40,760 nt of DNA from Macrostomum lignano (Eukaryota): positions 1-40,760 of the forward strand of contig NIVC01001536.1 in assembly GCA_002269645.1 (NCBI GenBank). Direction: 5' to 3'. A program made the translations under genes and the position numbers. Shown here piece by piece: positions 10,476 to 29,742 of the stretch (positions within the stretch are counted from its first letter, which is position 1; every line of letters starts with the position of its first letter). The notes below the pieces were generated by a model. The model had not been told where the DNA came from and did not search any database. It worked only from the letters and a program-made list of their open reading frames with translations.

Positions 10476-11769
10476 CTCTACCTGTGTGTGTAAAAAACTT
10501 TGTTGGTTCTATTCTGATCGCACCTAACCGGCCTCCTGCGGCTGCGGCAGTTCCGGTTTTCTGCCTCCGTTTTGCTGCAGCCGCACCTGTTCAGCACGGA
10601 TTTATTTTTGCACAGAACTACTTTGTGGTTTGGTGTTGCCACGTCCTACTATGGAATCGATATATTATTTTTTCAAGCTGAATAAGTGTCACGTGCAAAG
10701 TTTGCTATAAAAAATTTGCTTATTCGCCTTCTTTTGTGCTTTCCTAGAATCTTTCTTGGTGTTGTCCCAATCTGCAATAAATAATATTTGTGTTGGCATC
10801 CCTTTTTTGTCCCGTTGATCAATTTTGAGCTATAATATTCTCGTTGAAATATATTATATACTCGTACTACAATATTATATATTGTTACAATCCGCAATAT
10901 ACTACTTACTGCAAAACAGTATATTTCAGGGACTCCACGGAGGGAGGAGCAAAGACTCCTTCACTTGCTTCTAATCCAGTGGAGCTCATATAGGTGTCCC
11001 GGGTTCGAATCTGCCCTCGGCTTCTCCATTTGAAAGTCCCAATTCGTCTTGCATGCCCACCCCTCCCTGGGGAGAAGTTCGCTTGAGCCGACTAGCTAAT
11101 TAAGTTCGAGTAAAGGTAGTTATTATTGGCCTAATGGCAGGGCGGGTGACGGTGTGATTCCGCTGTCATATGAGATTTATTGGGTCCGGGATGAGCAGAT
11201 CGCTGTCGGCTGGGCAGCGGTGAGCGGATTAAGCACCCCGCGGGCTCACTCCACTCCCCTGACACGGCGGGGATCTGGCAGGGAGAAGGGGATGTACGGG
11301 ATAGGACTGGTGAGATTTCGGGGATTGGACGATGCGACATTGCCCTTCATTGCCAGAAATTGTTCGACTTTGATTTAGTCAGTAAGTGCCTGCGAGTGTG
11401 CGAGGTCCCTTGGGCTTGGTGGCCCTGAAACCCTAGAAAGCGACTCCTGACACTCAACATTCTGACAGCCCTGACACCCCAATCATATTAATATATGAAT
11501 AATAATACTCGTAGCAGGAGGGCTGCATGGACACCCTTCGGTGACATTGTCTCACAGCCGGCTCTGAGACAATTCTACCCACTCTGCTGACTCCTGATTA
11601 CCGCTGAGCTGCTCTGCCCCCTAACACCCTAAATAGCGATTCTTGACACTCAACACGGAGCTCTGACATCCTGACATTCAATTCATTGCTGCTGTTGACA
11701 CTGCTTCTGATGGAGCCCCTGGGTTACCCTTTTTGTTTGATTTTTTGGGAACCTAGTTCCACCAGTGAA

Positions 11770-11913
11770 CGAGCCGAGCCCGGCGCCGCCGAAGGCGGCG
11801 TCGGGCGAGAGCGAGAGAACCCGAGGCCCCGCCAGGGGCCGAGGGCGAGTGAATAATTTCTACCCATGGCGGCCGAAGGCCGACATGGGCTAGAAAGTAT
11901 TTACGAGTAAATA
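11770..11913. other. Cluster of four adjacent hairpins with GAA-type loops and G.A mismatches
   Basis: Inverted repeats read directly at 11770-11815, 11820-11845, 11857-11896 and 11898-11913. Confidence 0.75.
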
Positions 11914-13669
11914 AGTTAGACTCTTATGCATTTTGAAATTTCACGTTTTTTTGCTAAAAAATGCTCCTGTTTTGCAACCACTGCACCGATTGAGTTGAGT
12001 GAGGTGTCGATCGATAGAAAACTTTTAGATCTATCGAATGAATGTACTTTTAAATGCAGAGATTTTTTAAATGAGCCGTAAATTAACTGGAAAGACGATT
12101 TTTTCAAAAGTGCTTCTAGGAGATCTCAAAATTCTGGTACACCTTACGAGATACAGCTTCGACATCTGAGGATCAAAGTTGTAAAACTAAATTTCCTACA
12201 AAATGGTATATGGCGCTTTGATTTATTTTGGTATCTTTATGTAGTTTTGGTGGGTTTTTTGGGTAAAAAAATGACCCTCATTTTATTATTTCCCCACTTT
12301 TTCCTACGAAGCTTTTTGAGTTTCGGCTTCAAAGCAGTGCAGTTGGATGCGCAATGCAAATATCTACAAGTGTCTACAGCTTTGTTTTCCTACGCTTCTG
12401 CAGTGCTGAGAAAATTGACAAAAATCGATTTTTCAAAAAATTACATGACTTTCGCATTATTGCTCATTATAATTTTGAGAACATGGTGCGAATAATCCGA
12501 CTTCGAATTTCTATAGCATAGTTGCTATACTATATTGGTGTAAATTGCTGCCGTCTGCTTTCGCTGCTTTCGGATTGAAAAATCGATCAGAAATCGATAA
12601 TTTGTGATTTTTGGCTGATTGGGTGCCAGAAAAATGGGTGATTAAAATTTTAAAAGAATGCTAGATCAAATGCGGATACTGCAACGAGTTGTACTAATGT
12701 CTGGCTAAAATTGACCAAGTTTTTGAGTGTCTGCAACAAGTGCTCATGTGTCAAAAGTGATTGGAAATCGATCAGAGTAGTGATTTTTTAATATTTTGCT
12801 TGAAATCAGGCAAAAAAACGCAATAAGACGGCATTATTTTTATGACGGCTGATTTCCCAAAAACGAGGCATATTTGTGTGCAATTTCTAGAGATTCGGTT
12901 TATTGAGTAAAAAATTATCGATAAAAAACTGAAAACTTGACTTTTTACTTTTATGTTAGTTCCGGGGCTATTTAAACTGGAAATGGTAAGAATTTTGAAC
13001 TGAAACCAATGCACAGTATTCCATACAGCTAATTTAACAGATTTCTTGAGTTTCATAACCATTCGATGTTCTTTTGAGGTAAAAAATGCATTTTTTGCAC
13101 CAAAATTCATCAGATTCATACCGCTTTGCATAATTTGCATTTGCATGCGATTGCTTGCATGGCTTTGGCGTTGGGCTGAGTTAAGCTGGTTAGAAAGGAA
13201 AGGAAAGGAAGGAATAATCGTACATACAATGTACACACCCGTCCCTTCCAAGTGGGGTTGTGGCAACGCGAGAGGGCTTGGCGGCTTGGTTTGGAGGGCG
13301 TGTAATAGAGCTTCATTTGACTCGCACACAGACCAAGGAAAATTAGATCGATAAACGGGCGTCACGTGATTAGAATTTCGTATTAAATTTAGCTCTTTAA
13401 CTGCACATTTGAATTGCAAGCCCAGTACAAAGTTTGTCGGGCGCAAGATCCAAGTCACTACGTGTACAATCCTCCCCCCGACTAAAAAGTCAGGCGATAC
13501 GGCTTCTGAAGTAGGTATGTACAGTGTTTTGGAAAGACTTTATTTATAGCTTTCTTTGCAAAATATAACCCTGCTACGCTCTGGAGTCATTAGAAATTTT
13601 TTTATATCGAGGCCTTCTAAAGCCTATTATAGAAGACTCGATTCCAGCTCATGGCTGCGGGTCAGATGA

Positions 13670-13825
13670 GAGAGAAAGAGAATAGAGAAGAGATAAGACT
13701 AAAGAGAAGATAAGAGATAAAACGAGAGCTAGAAGCGAGAGGAGAGGAGAGGGGAGACTAGAGAGAGATTAGAGTGGAGAGAAACAGAACAGACAAAGAG
13801 AGAAAATGGGAGAAGTAGAGATTTA
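13670..13825. repeat. GA-rich low-complexity tract
   Basis: Purine-rich AGAG/AAGA run with no fixed period. Confidence 0.75.
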
Positions 13826-15684
13826 GATTTTTATTGAGCTTCTCAAAGTTCTTTTTCATCGGTACAAAACTAGGTTTATCAAGTAGTATGAAGACCCACG
13901 TCTAAAAAGAAGCCCGTTCACTGGTGGCAAAAAGACGTGTGCGTCTTCATACTACTTGTTGCCTTCTGTGGGGCATGGCATATACGCATTGCTTGAGCAA
14001 GCCATGTCCGCATATACATTCAACTCGAAAATTTGACCATAAATTTATGTTATATTCCAGTGGAACTCCAAATAAAAGCATAGGAACACTCGAAGCCTCT
14101 ATTAGTGTTCCAAATTCTACCCAATATAAAGACTTCTTCATTAAACAAAACGCTAGGAAACCTCTGTAGGCGCATTGCAGTAAATCAAAAGTGTCAGCGA
14201 GATAAGAGCTCAGCCGTGCCGAGCTGCGTGCCTGCGTGCTGTATCTTAGCAAATAAAATTTTCAATAATATCATACTCGAATTGGGCAGCAGCCACAGCC
14301 AGTTCGCTATGAAAGCTATTAGTAGTATACGTGGCTTTTTTATTGTACAAGTTCCATTTTTATAGCTGAAAACATTGTGTGCGCAAATGGCACAGTACAT
14401 GACACACAGACAGTACGTAGCACTCATGTAGCAGTTTTGCAGTGTCAGATATTGCTTAAATTTCCGCACAGCGCAAGTTTCCTTCCACCTGCAGCAGGAA
14501 GTAGCGAACCAACCCCTCCACACCACCGCAGCCACCGCAGATACGCCAGCAATGCTAGCTTAGTGGCAGTGGCCGTCAGCCACTTTGTGCAGCAGGGCAT
14601 GCAGACTGGGGAGGAGTTGAGGCTGAGGGGTCTGCTTTCTGTCTCTGGCAGCTTTGGCAGGCATGCAATGCTTCTTCACTTCAGTGGCAGGGGCAGGGCC
14701 CAGAGAAGTTCTTCCTGTTCGCTGCAAGTTTGCGTGGAGGACTGCGGGGACATGGATAGGGGTTTGGGGTAGGGCCGTAGGGGAGAGAGGGGCGCTGCGC
14801 AGTTTTGCCCCACTCTCGCGCAGAATTGGCCGGACAGGACAGGCCAGGAGTAGCGGGCAGGAATAACTGCAGTGAACAGGGCGGGCGGAGCGAGATGGAT
14901 AGGGATGAGGACTGAGGGGGTGGCGGGGGCTGATAGGCGACGACTTAATTAGAAATAATGCGGGGCAAATAGCAAAGCACGAGAAGGCGCTTCGTGTCTC
15001 CCCAGCCCCGTGCGGTACGCGCAGAAGGGAGGCCTCGCGCGCGCAAAGTTATTGATCCGTGTGGGATGGGGGTTGGGGGGTTTAAGCACGTGCGCTGCGG
15101 CCCGCCCCCTCCGCCACCAGCACGCTTTCCCCACCCCCGATTCACTGGTGTGGCGAGCGATTCCGATCGATAACTTTCTGTCAGGGGCTGGGTCGTGCGC
15201 AGCCCCCCAAAATCTGAAGTCCTTTCCATACCCTCCGATCCACCCCAGTTCACCCCCGTCCTAGACTGCACTCTCGTCTCTCCACAATTCTAGCGAGGGT
15301 TATGTAGAGGGAAGAAAAGAGTGGAAAGGCAGTAAGGGAAGAGATACCCCCCAGGGTACACCCGAGCCTGTGTCTGTTTTCAGCCGGTCCAGATTTCCCT
15401 TCTTCCCTTGCTTTAGCGTTAGCCGACTTCTCAAGGCGAGTGGGGAAACAGGCCGCTCCGCATACAACAGAGTCAGGGAGGGTGAGCTGAGTTCACAGAC
15501 TCGAGAGGGGAGCAAGCCAAGCAGGAAAATCTGACACTCCGATATTTTCTTTGACTGCCTAACTACAGCTTTAAGCCTGCTTGCACCCCTGAGCTGCGCA
15601 GTCTCGGACTTTATCGCCAGCCAAGAGGCGCCCCCAGAAAACAAACCGACAGCTGCGGCCTGCACAGTGAGAAACAGCCAAGGC

Positions 15685-16725
15685 ATGGACGATGATCAGC
15701 CGTGCGAGGAGGAGCAGAAGCTCATGGAAGAGATCAAGGAGATGAAGGCAAAGATCAAGGTTGCGCGCAAGGAGGTCGCCGACGCCGACTACGTGACAGC
15801 CACCGAGAACCAGCAGCCCCTCGGCCGGCTGAAGTTCAAGGTGCGCAAGGAGCTTCACGGTCACCTGGCCAAGCTGACAGATCTGCAGTGGGGCAACGAG
15901 TCCACCAACCTTATCACAGCCGGTCAGGATGGCAAGATCTTCCTGTGGGACGCGTTCTCCTGCGCCAAGCTGAACGCCATCTTCCTGAAGACTGCCTGGG
16001 TCATGTCCTGCCGGTTCAACCCCGACAACACCCGGGTGGCTAGCGGCGGCCTGGACAACCTGCTGTCCATCCACAACCTGGATGACACTGAGGCAGAGCC
16101 GGTGGAGCTCACAGGCCATGATGGCTACCTGGCCTGCATCCGATTCACTGACGCCAAGCACTGTGTCACCTCGTCAGGCGACAAAACCTGCGCCTTCTGG
16201 GACCTGGAGACCGGAAAAATTGTGCACCGCTTTGAGGGCCACGATAACGACGTGAACGCGCTGGCACTCGCCGACAGCCACCGCCACTTTGTCAGCGCCT
16301 CCAGCGACCACACTGCCAAGCTGTGGGACTTGCGCGAGCGCCACTGCCGGGCCACCTACGAGGGCCACGAGATGGACGTCAACGGCGTCGACTACTTTCC
16401 GCAGTGCGACTACGCCTTCGCCACCTCTTCCGACGACGGCAGCTGCCGCATGTGGGACATCCGCGCCGATCAGATGCTCGCCAACTTCAGTGACGAATTC
16501 ATCCAGTGTGGTAGCACGTGTCTGTCCGTGTCCCGCAGCGGCCGCCTTCTCATTGCAGGTTACGACGATTACAACTGCCACGTGTGGGACACGCTGCTGG
16601 AAGAGCGGGTAGGCATCATGCTGGGCCACGACAACCGCATCTCCTGTCTGGGCATCAGTCCCAGCGGGCTGGCTGTGGCCACTGGCGCCTGGGACAACAA
16701 CAGCTTCATCTGGACTGCCAAGTGA
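15685..16725 (+). CDS. Heterotrimeric G-protein beta subunit, GNB1-4 class, divergent, single coding exon (346 aa)
   Basis: N-terminal coiled coil, then seven WD40 repeats with Gbeta signatures GHLAK, QDGK, WVM, GGLDN, GH.GYL, VTSSGDKTCA.WD.ETG, SGRLL.AGYDD.NC.VWD, GHDNR.SCLG, ATG.WD. GHLAK (not GHGNK) argues against Gbeta5. Confidence 0.96.
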   Translation: MDDDQPCEEEQKLMEEIKEMKAKIKVARKEVADADYVTATENQQPLGRLKFKVRKELHGHLAKLTDLQWGNESTNLITAGQDGKIFLWDAFSCAKLNAIFLKTAWVMSCRFNPDNTRVASGGLDNLLSIHNLDDTEAEPVELTGHDGYLACIRFTDAKHCVTSSGDKTCAFWDLETGKIVHRFEGHDNDVNALALADSHRHFVSASSDHTAKLWDLRERHCRATYEGHEMDVNGVDYFPQCDYAFATSSDDGSCRMWDIRADQMLANFSDEFIQCGSTCLSVSRSGRLLIAGYDDYNCHVWDTLLEERVGIMLGHDNRISCLGISPSGLAVATGAWDNNSFIWTAK

Positions 16726-19528
16726 CACCTGTTCGTTCTCTCTCTCTGTCCACTTGTTTCGGTTTTCGCCAGTCGCTGGGACTCGGGAGCTGCCTCTCCC
16801 TTGTCTCCAGGGACCATTGCTGTCATATATTCAACACAAACCCAACTCATATAGGTATCTTACTGATTATTGACTCAGCACTTGATCGTGGACGTTCTCT
16901 ATTGGTCAATGATCTGTATACGACGATTAATTTTCAGTGCTTTTTATTTTGATTGTCTATATCTATTTACATATTGCATACTTCATAGATCAGATAAGAT
17001 TGGAGCTTACTGTAGACGTTTCTTTGCAAAGATCGACGAGGGCAGTACACATCAATAGTCATCGATTGCCCTCTTGCATCATCGCCAGTCAAAGCCTGCC
17101 GACCCATCTCCCAGCCTTCTCTGCGTCTCCGAAATACTCCTATCATTGCACTGTCATCGCATCTGTGCACTGCATTGCGACATCAGCCCAAGGGCGGAGA
17201 TACGCTCGTAGCTTGGCTTATAGCTTAGCAAACAATTGAAAGAACCCAAAAAGCTTTATGGCCGTTTCTCTCCCCACTGTCTCATTGTGGCCCGTGAGCA
17301 GCAAACTAGCTAAATTAAACTATTGCGGTGTTCCCCAGCTCAGTCGCTCTTCACTCTGTGACCTGTGCTTCGTGTGCGCGTGTGGACTCAAGCCCTCCGT
17401 CGTGTAGTTTAAAGTCCATCGCCGCCATCTCCCAGTCGACGCCGACCACGTCCCCGATTACTCGTAGAACGAACAAATGATGCGTTTGCTTAAAGGCGAA
17501 AGACCCGACCGAGTCACGCGCTTAACTGGCTCACTCAACCTGCAAGCATTGTCACTTGGTCACGCCATTCATGGCAATAAAAACATTATCGTACGTGCAT
17601 AGCTCGCTAATTAAATATATTCCGCTTTAACTAAATCAAAGTGGCTTTACCTGCCGCCATTCTATATAAGCCTGTGCCTACTTGCCGACTGCGCGTTTTA
17701 TTTCTCTAACCCGCATCCAGGTGGTGCGCTCAGACTCGAGAGTAGCAGAGCAGTGAACAGATCAGCTACTTAGATAAATTCAGTATGGCACGCCGCAAAT
17801 CTGCAGCCAGCAAGAAGGGAAGCAGTGATCATGCCCATTCGCTCATACACTGCATGTACACATTTGAGCTTGCCTTTTAAGGGTTGGTCTATTGGCGAGA
17901 ATCGCCCGCACGATTCACAAGTTAATGCTGCATGCTACCGCGCGTGAAATCAAACCTGGATCCATCCGATACTTCAGAGTCCAAACAAGGGCCTCCATTA
18001 CAGTCTACACTTGTTCTCCCCCTCTGAGAACAAGAACAGAACTAACTCTGGTTCATTCCCGCACTATCGCCTACTCGTCCTGTCATGCGTCTCCTCCATC
18101 GTTTCATCCGCGTCCTGCAGCCTCCCTCCTCTCGCTCGCTCGGCAGTCCATTGCTGCAGAGTTGGGGCAGAACTGAAGCCGAGCGGAAGGAAGCGCATGA
18201 GCGGTTGGGCGGACGGAGCCGGTGAATGGACCAATAAATTATCCTCACAGTCTCGCCGAAACCGCCTTCCTTGGTCTCTCGCTTTCTCTTTCCTCGCCTT
18301 CCTTTCCCCCTTTTCCCTCACTCTCGGAGCAGGCTTATCTCCGCTGCCTAAGGGATTCTAAGACTCATACCGAGGATGTAGGAGACACCCGCTGCGACCA
18401 TAAACAACCTCCATGCAGATCCTCTTTCTGCAGATCCTCGCTGCAGAATAGTGCGATCTGAGCTCGAGCTGTTTTCAGAAAACCGAATGTTTCTTCTAGA
18501 AATTCTTTGGAACATCCCGCCACTAATGAAGCTAGATGCAGAGGAAATTGTACCAAGAATAACGCCTCTGCAATGCGGCCACATTCTGATGAAGCAATTT
18601 TAAGTAACTTTGAGCACTGTCCTGCGAGATTCATGCAGAAATCTCCAAGACAAGGGCTAATGCTTCGTTTAGTCGAAGTTCATCTTGGTTTTAAATAATG
18701 TAGTTCTACACCCACAGTAGTTTTATTTGATCATGCAAATAAACTGACAGGTTCATATACTGATAAGTAAAGAGTTTACCAAGTCGGCCCTTAGCTCCTC
18801 AGTACTTCAATCGCAATTTAAAGAGCATTGGGATTTCAGCTAAATAAACCTGCTTCTACTGGTACAATTGTGGCTAATCTGCACTGATAGCTACTACTGA
18901 AGTATGTTAAAAGTCTCATGCAATTCGGACTGCAAAGGATCTACGGCCTAGTCCAGAAAGACGTTGCCACCCTGACCAAACGAAGCTGCTGTACTCAAAG
19001 CACGCAATTCGAATCCGGTAGTTCAATAGAGAATTTTTTTGAATTGCAAGCATCTGCAATGTGAAACAGTCGAGTAAGTCGAAACGCTGTCCAATAAGGT
19101 TTTATCTAATAATATCAACGTAGAAGTGAGCGGGTGCGCGCCGGCAGGAGGTCGAGGCATTCATGCTTCGGAGAAGGCGTTCATGAAACTTCAGCTACCG
19201 CGTGCTCAGGATGCTACTCAAGTCCGAAAGTAAGTAGCAAGGAAATAATTTTATATTGATGATATTCACGAGGATCCGACAAAAAACTCATAGTAAAGTA
19301 ACCTTTATGCTGGCATCCTTCATCTAATTTATTGCAACTTCCGCCAACAGCTTACGGTTGCGTTGTGCGAGAATAAATTTTATAACGCATGATAAGAAAT
19401 GATGATCGGATCGGAGGGACTTGGTTCTCAATAATGTATCGAATGGGTTGCAGGAAGTTCAGCTCAGCAGCACAGACATCCGAGTTGTCCGAGTAAGCTG
19501 TGTTATCAAAACTCTTATTCGCTCCCAG

Positions 19529-26425
<6,897 letters not shown>

Positions 26426-26454
26426 CTGCGATTGCGGGTCTGAGACTGGAGCCT

Positions 26455-26680
26455 GAGATGTGAGACTGGGATCTCAGATATGAGACTGGAATCGCAGATA
26501 TGAGACTGGGATTTCAGATATGAGACTGGAATCGCAGATATGAGACTGGGATCTCAGATATGAGACTGGAATCGCAGATATGAGACTGGGATCTCAGATA
26601 TGAGACTGGGATCTCGGATATGAGACTGGGATCTCGGATATCAGACTGGGATCTCGGATATGAGACTGGGATCGGAGACT
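26455..26680. repeat. Minisatellite, 20 bp GAGACTGGGATCTCAGATAT
   Basis: About 11 copies just upstream (minus sense) of the acceptor that precedes the NK7 ATG. Confidence 0.93.
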
Positions 26681-27189
26681 GAGAATCTTCAACTGGATTC
26701 TAGATATGAAACGAGGATTTAGCATCTATTATACCTAATCCAGAGACCTGATACTCGAAGAGGACTCGAGGCAGTTTCTTGTCGCCAGGCGGCCAAGTTG
26801 CGCTCGGCCGCTCATTGGCTGGCGAAGTGGTCCCGGATGGCCCCTGGAATTCGGTTGGACGATTCCGAAGACAAGTCGCATTAAGAGTCGAATCTTGCTG
26901 GCTCAATAGCAACCGCGTCCACTTTCGCACTATATTACTTTAAGTAGTTTTATCTTATGAAATTAATTGAAAAATACGTTTTGAAATTTGCAGCGCGCAT
27001 TTTCGAGCGGATTTAAATACAAAAACTTGGTCAAAATCCCGGTATTTTACAAAATGTTTTAAAACCGTATACTTTGGCATCCAAATTCTAAGACCTGAAA
27101 AACGCGTTGGAAATAGGATTAAAAAAATAGTCTTTTTACACAGATACGAATTCTTCACAGTCAATTCTTAGTCAAATCCTGAACCAGCT

Positions 27190-29742
27190 TTAGTCAGCGC
27201 CGGCTGCCCTGCGGCCCAGGCTGGCGTACTGGGTCCTCAGCCGCCGCAGGTCCTGGTCGATTGCCTGAAAATTTGCGACCTGGGTTTTTTCCGACTCAGC
27301 CTAGTCTCCCCTCCTGTCTGCTCAACTCAGCCTTGTCTCCCCTCCTGTCTGTCCGACTCAGCCTTGTCTCCTCTCCTGTCTGTCCGACTCAGCCTTGTCT
27401 CCCCTCCTGTCTGTCCGACTCAGCCTTGACTCCCCTCCTGTCTTGTCCAACTCAGCCTTGTCTCCCCCTGCTGTCTCAGACTCAGCCTTGTCTCCCCTCC
27501 TATCTGCTCAACTCAGCCTTGTCTCCCCTCCTGTCTGTCCGACTCAGCCTTGACTCCCCTCCTGTCTTGTCCAACTCAGCCTTGTCTCCCCTCCTGTCTG
27601 TCCGACTCAGCCTTGACTCCCCTCCTGTCTTGTCCAACTCAGCCTTGTCTCCCCCTGCTGTCTGTCAGACTCAGCCTTGTCTCCCCTCCTATCTGCTCAA
27701 CTCAGCCTTGTCTCACCTCCTGTCTGTCCGACTCAGCCTTGTCTCCCCTTCCTGTCTGTCCGATCCAACTCAGCCTTGTCTTCCCCTCCTGTCTGTCTGA
27801 CTCAGCCTTGTCTCCCCCTCCTGTCTGATCCGACTCAGCCTTGTCTCCCCTCCTGTCTGCCCGATCCAGTCTAATCTCAGCTCCCTTGCCCAGCATTCAA
27901 CCCCTTGGCGCATCTCACCTGGCACATCTGGGCCGACTGTCGAAGGGCGGCTGCGGCGTCAGGATCTCGAACATCTCCACCGCCGCCGGAAGTCGTCCGA
28001 CCGAATCGCCGACGCGGCCCAGACTGCGGTTCAGTGACGCAGCTGCTGCCGCGGCTACTGCAGCGGCTCTCCTGACGGCTCCACGCTGTTTCCGCGGGCA
28101 GCGTGCAGGATGACATCGAGTCAGGGGACGTCGCCGATTCACTCGCGCTGTCCAGCGAGCAGCTGACTGACGATGCCTCCGCTGACGTCAGCTGCAAGAC
28201 GCGGCTCCGCTCGGCTGCCAGCCGCCGCCGGTACTCGCTGACCCGCCTGGCGGCTGCGGCTCCGTCCGGCTGAGGCTGCTGGCACCGATCCAGGAGCTGC
28301 CGGGCTGCTAAGTGGGAGCCCGCCAACTGCCGCTCCAGCTGGAACAGCGCCAAGCGGGTGCTGAGCTCGTCTGCGACGCGGCCGCAACTGCGACTGACAG
28401 CCGACGAGCTACGCCGCGAGGCTTTCAGCGGCCCGCTTGATGAGAAACTCGGCCCTGCACAGGGCGTGCTCGGACTGAAGAATTCGAGGGCACTCGAGGT
28501 CGGGACTGGCGAGGTCGGGACTGGCGAGGTCGGGACTGGCGAGGTCGGGACTGGCGAGGTCGGGACTGGCGAGGTCGGGACTGGCGAGGTCGGGACTGGC
28601 GAGGTCGGGACTGGCGAGGTCGGGACTGGCGAGGTCGGGACTGGCGAGGTCGGGACTGGCGAGGTCGGGACTGGCGAGGTCGGGACTGGCGAGGTCGGGA
28701 CTGGCGAGGTCGGGACTGGCGAGGTCGGGACTGGCGAGGTCGGGACTGGCGAGGTCGGGACTGGCGAGGTCGGGACTGGCGAGGTCGGGACTGGCGAGGT
28801 CGGGACTGGCGAGGTCGGGACTGGCGAGGTCGGGACTGGCGAGGTCGGGACTGGCGAGGTCGGGACTGGCGAGGTCGGGACTGGCGAGGTCGGGACTGGC
28901 GAGGTCGGGACTGGCGAGGTCGGGACTGGCGAGGTCGGGACTGGCGAGGTCGGGACTGGCGAGGTCGGGACTGGCGAGGTCGGGACTGGCGAGGTCGGGA
29001 CTGGCGAGGTCGGGACTGGCGAGGTCGGGACTGGCGAGGTCGGGACTGGCGAGGTCGGGACTGGCGAGGTCGGGACTGGCGAGGTCGGGACTGGCGAGGT
29101 CGGGACTGGCGAGGTCGGGACTGGCGAGGTCGGGACTGGCGAGGTCGGGACTGGCGAGGTCGGGACTGGCGAGGTCGGGACTGGCGAGGTCGGGACTGGC
29201 GAGGTCGGGACTGGCGAGGTCGGGACTGGCGAGGTCGGGACTGGCGAGGTCGGGACTGGCGAGGTCGGGACTGGCGAGGTCGGGACTGGCGAGGTCGGGA
29301 CTGGCGAGGTCGGGACTGGCGAGGTCGGGACTGGCGAGGTCGGGACTGGCGAGGTCGGGACTGGCGAGGTCGGGACTGGCGAGGTCGGGACTGGCGAGGT
29401 CGGGACTGGCGAGGTCGGGACTGGCGAGGTCGGGACTGGCGAGGTCGGGACTGGCGAGGTCGGGACTGGCGAGGTCGGGACTGGCGAGGTCGGGACTGGC
29501 GAGGTCAGAACACCCGGCGATAATCCGTTCTCGGCCAAAGGATTAGCAGCAAGGGAACTCGGTGCCTGAAGAGTCTGAAAATCCAAATCAGCTGCGCCAT
29601 CATTCCGGGCTGGCTGAGTGGAGGATTTTGGCGCCCGAGGCTGCGCAGCCGGACTGTCCTCGACTAGGGCCTCCAGCAGCGCCTCGGTCTGCCTCATCAG
29701 GTATTGGAGTTCGGCCTCCTCGGCTGTTTCAGAGCTTTGCAT
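27190..29742 (-). CDS. 3' part of an unknown helical protein containing (TSPVP)67
   Basis: Large exon open from at least 29742 (frame stays open to ~29890) down to donor CAG|GTGAGA at 27919. Last exon 27264-27190 (acceptor TTTTCAG; [24 protein letters not shown]), phase 0 on both sides. 5' exons not resolved. Confidence 0.7.
27290..27862. repeat. Intronic minisatellite, ~31 bp GACTCAGCCTTGTCTCCCCTCCTGTCTGTCC
   Basis: About 18 variant copies filling most of intron 27265-27918. Confidence 0.95.
28496..29505. repeat. Perfect 15 bp tandem repeat CGGGACTGGCGAGGT x67, apparently exonic
   Basis: 16 lines x 4 units + 3 units = 67 identical copies (28501-29505), in frame with both flanks on the minus strand. 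Confidence 0.98.

Noticed and set aside
10995-11020. GGGTTCGAATC B-box-like motif (also GAGTTCGAATCC near 7187) suggesting tRNA or SINE
   Set aside because: No matching A-box or cloverleaf could be folded around either site, and the two flanks do not align by eye.
12772-13458. 228-aa minus ORF in the AT-rich block
   Set aside because: Starts at a non-ATG codon, has AT-rich codons unlike the real genes here, and shows no recognisable motif.
28358-29569. Plus-strand ORF with (GTGEV)n
   Set aside because: Antisense shadow of the 15-bp repeat; its flanks lack splice support, whereas the minus frame links to a spliced terminal exon.
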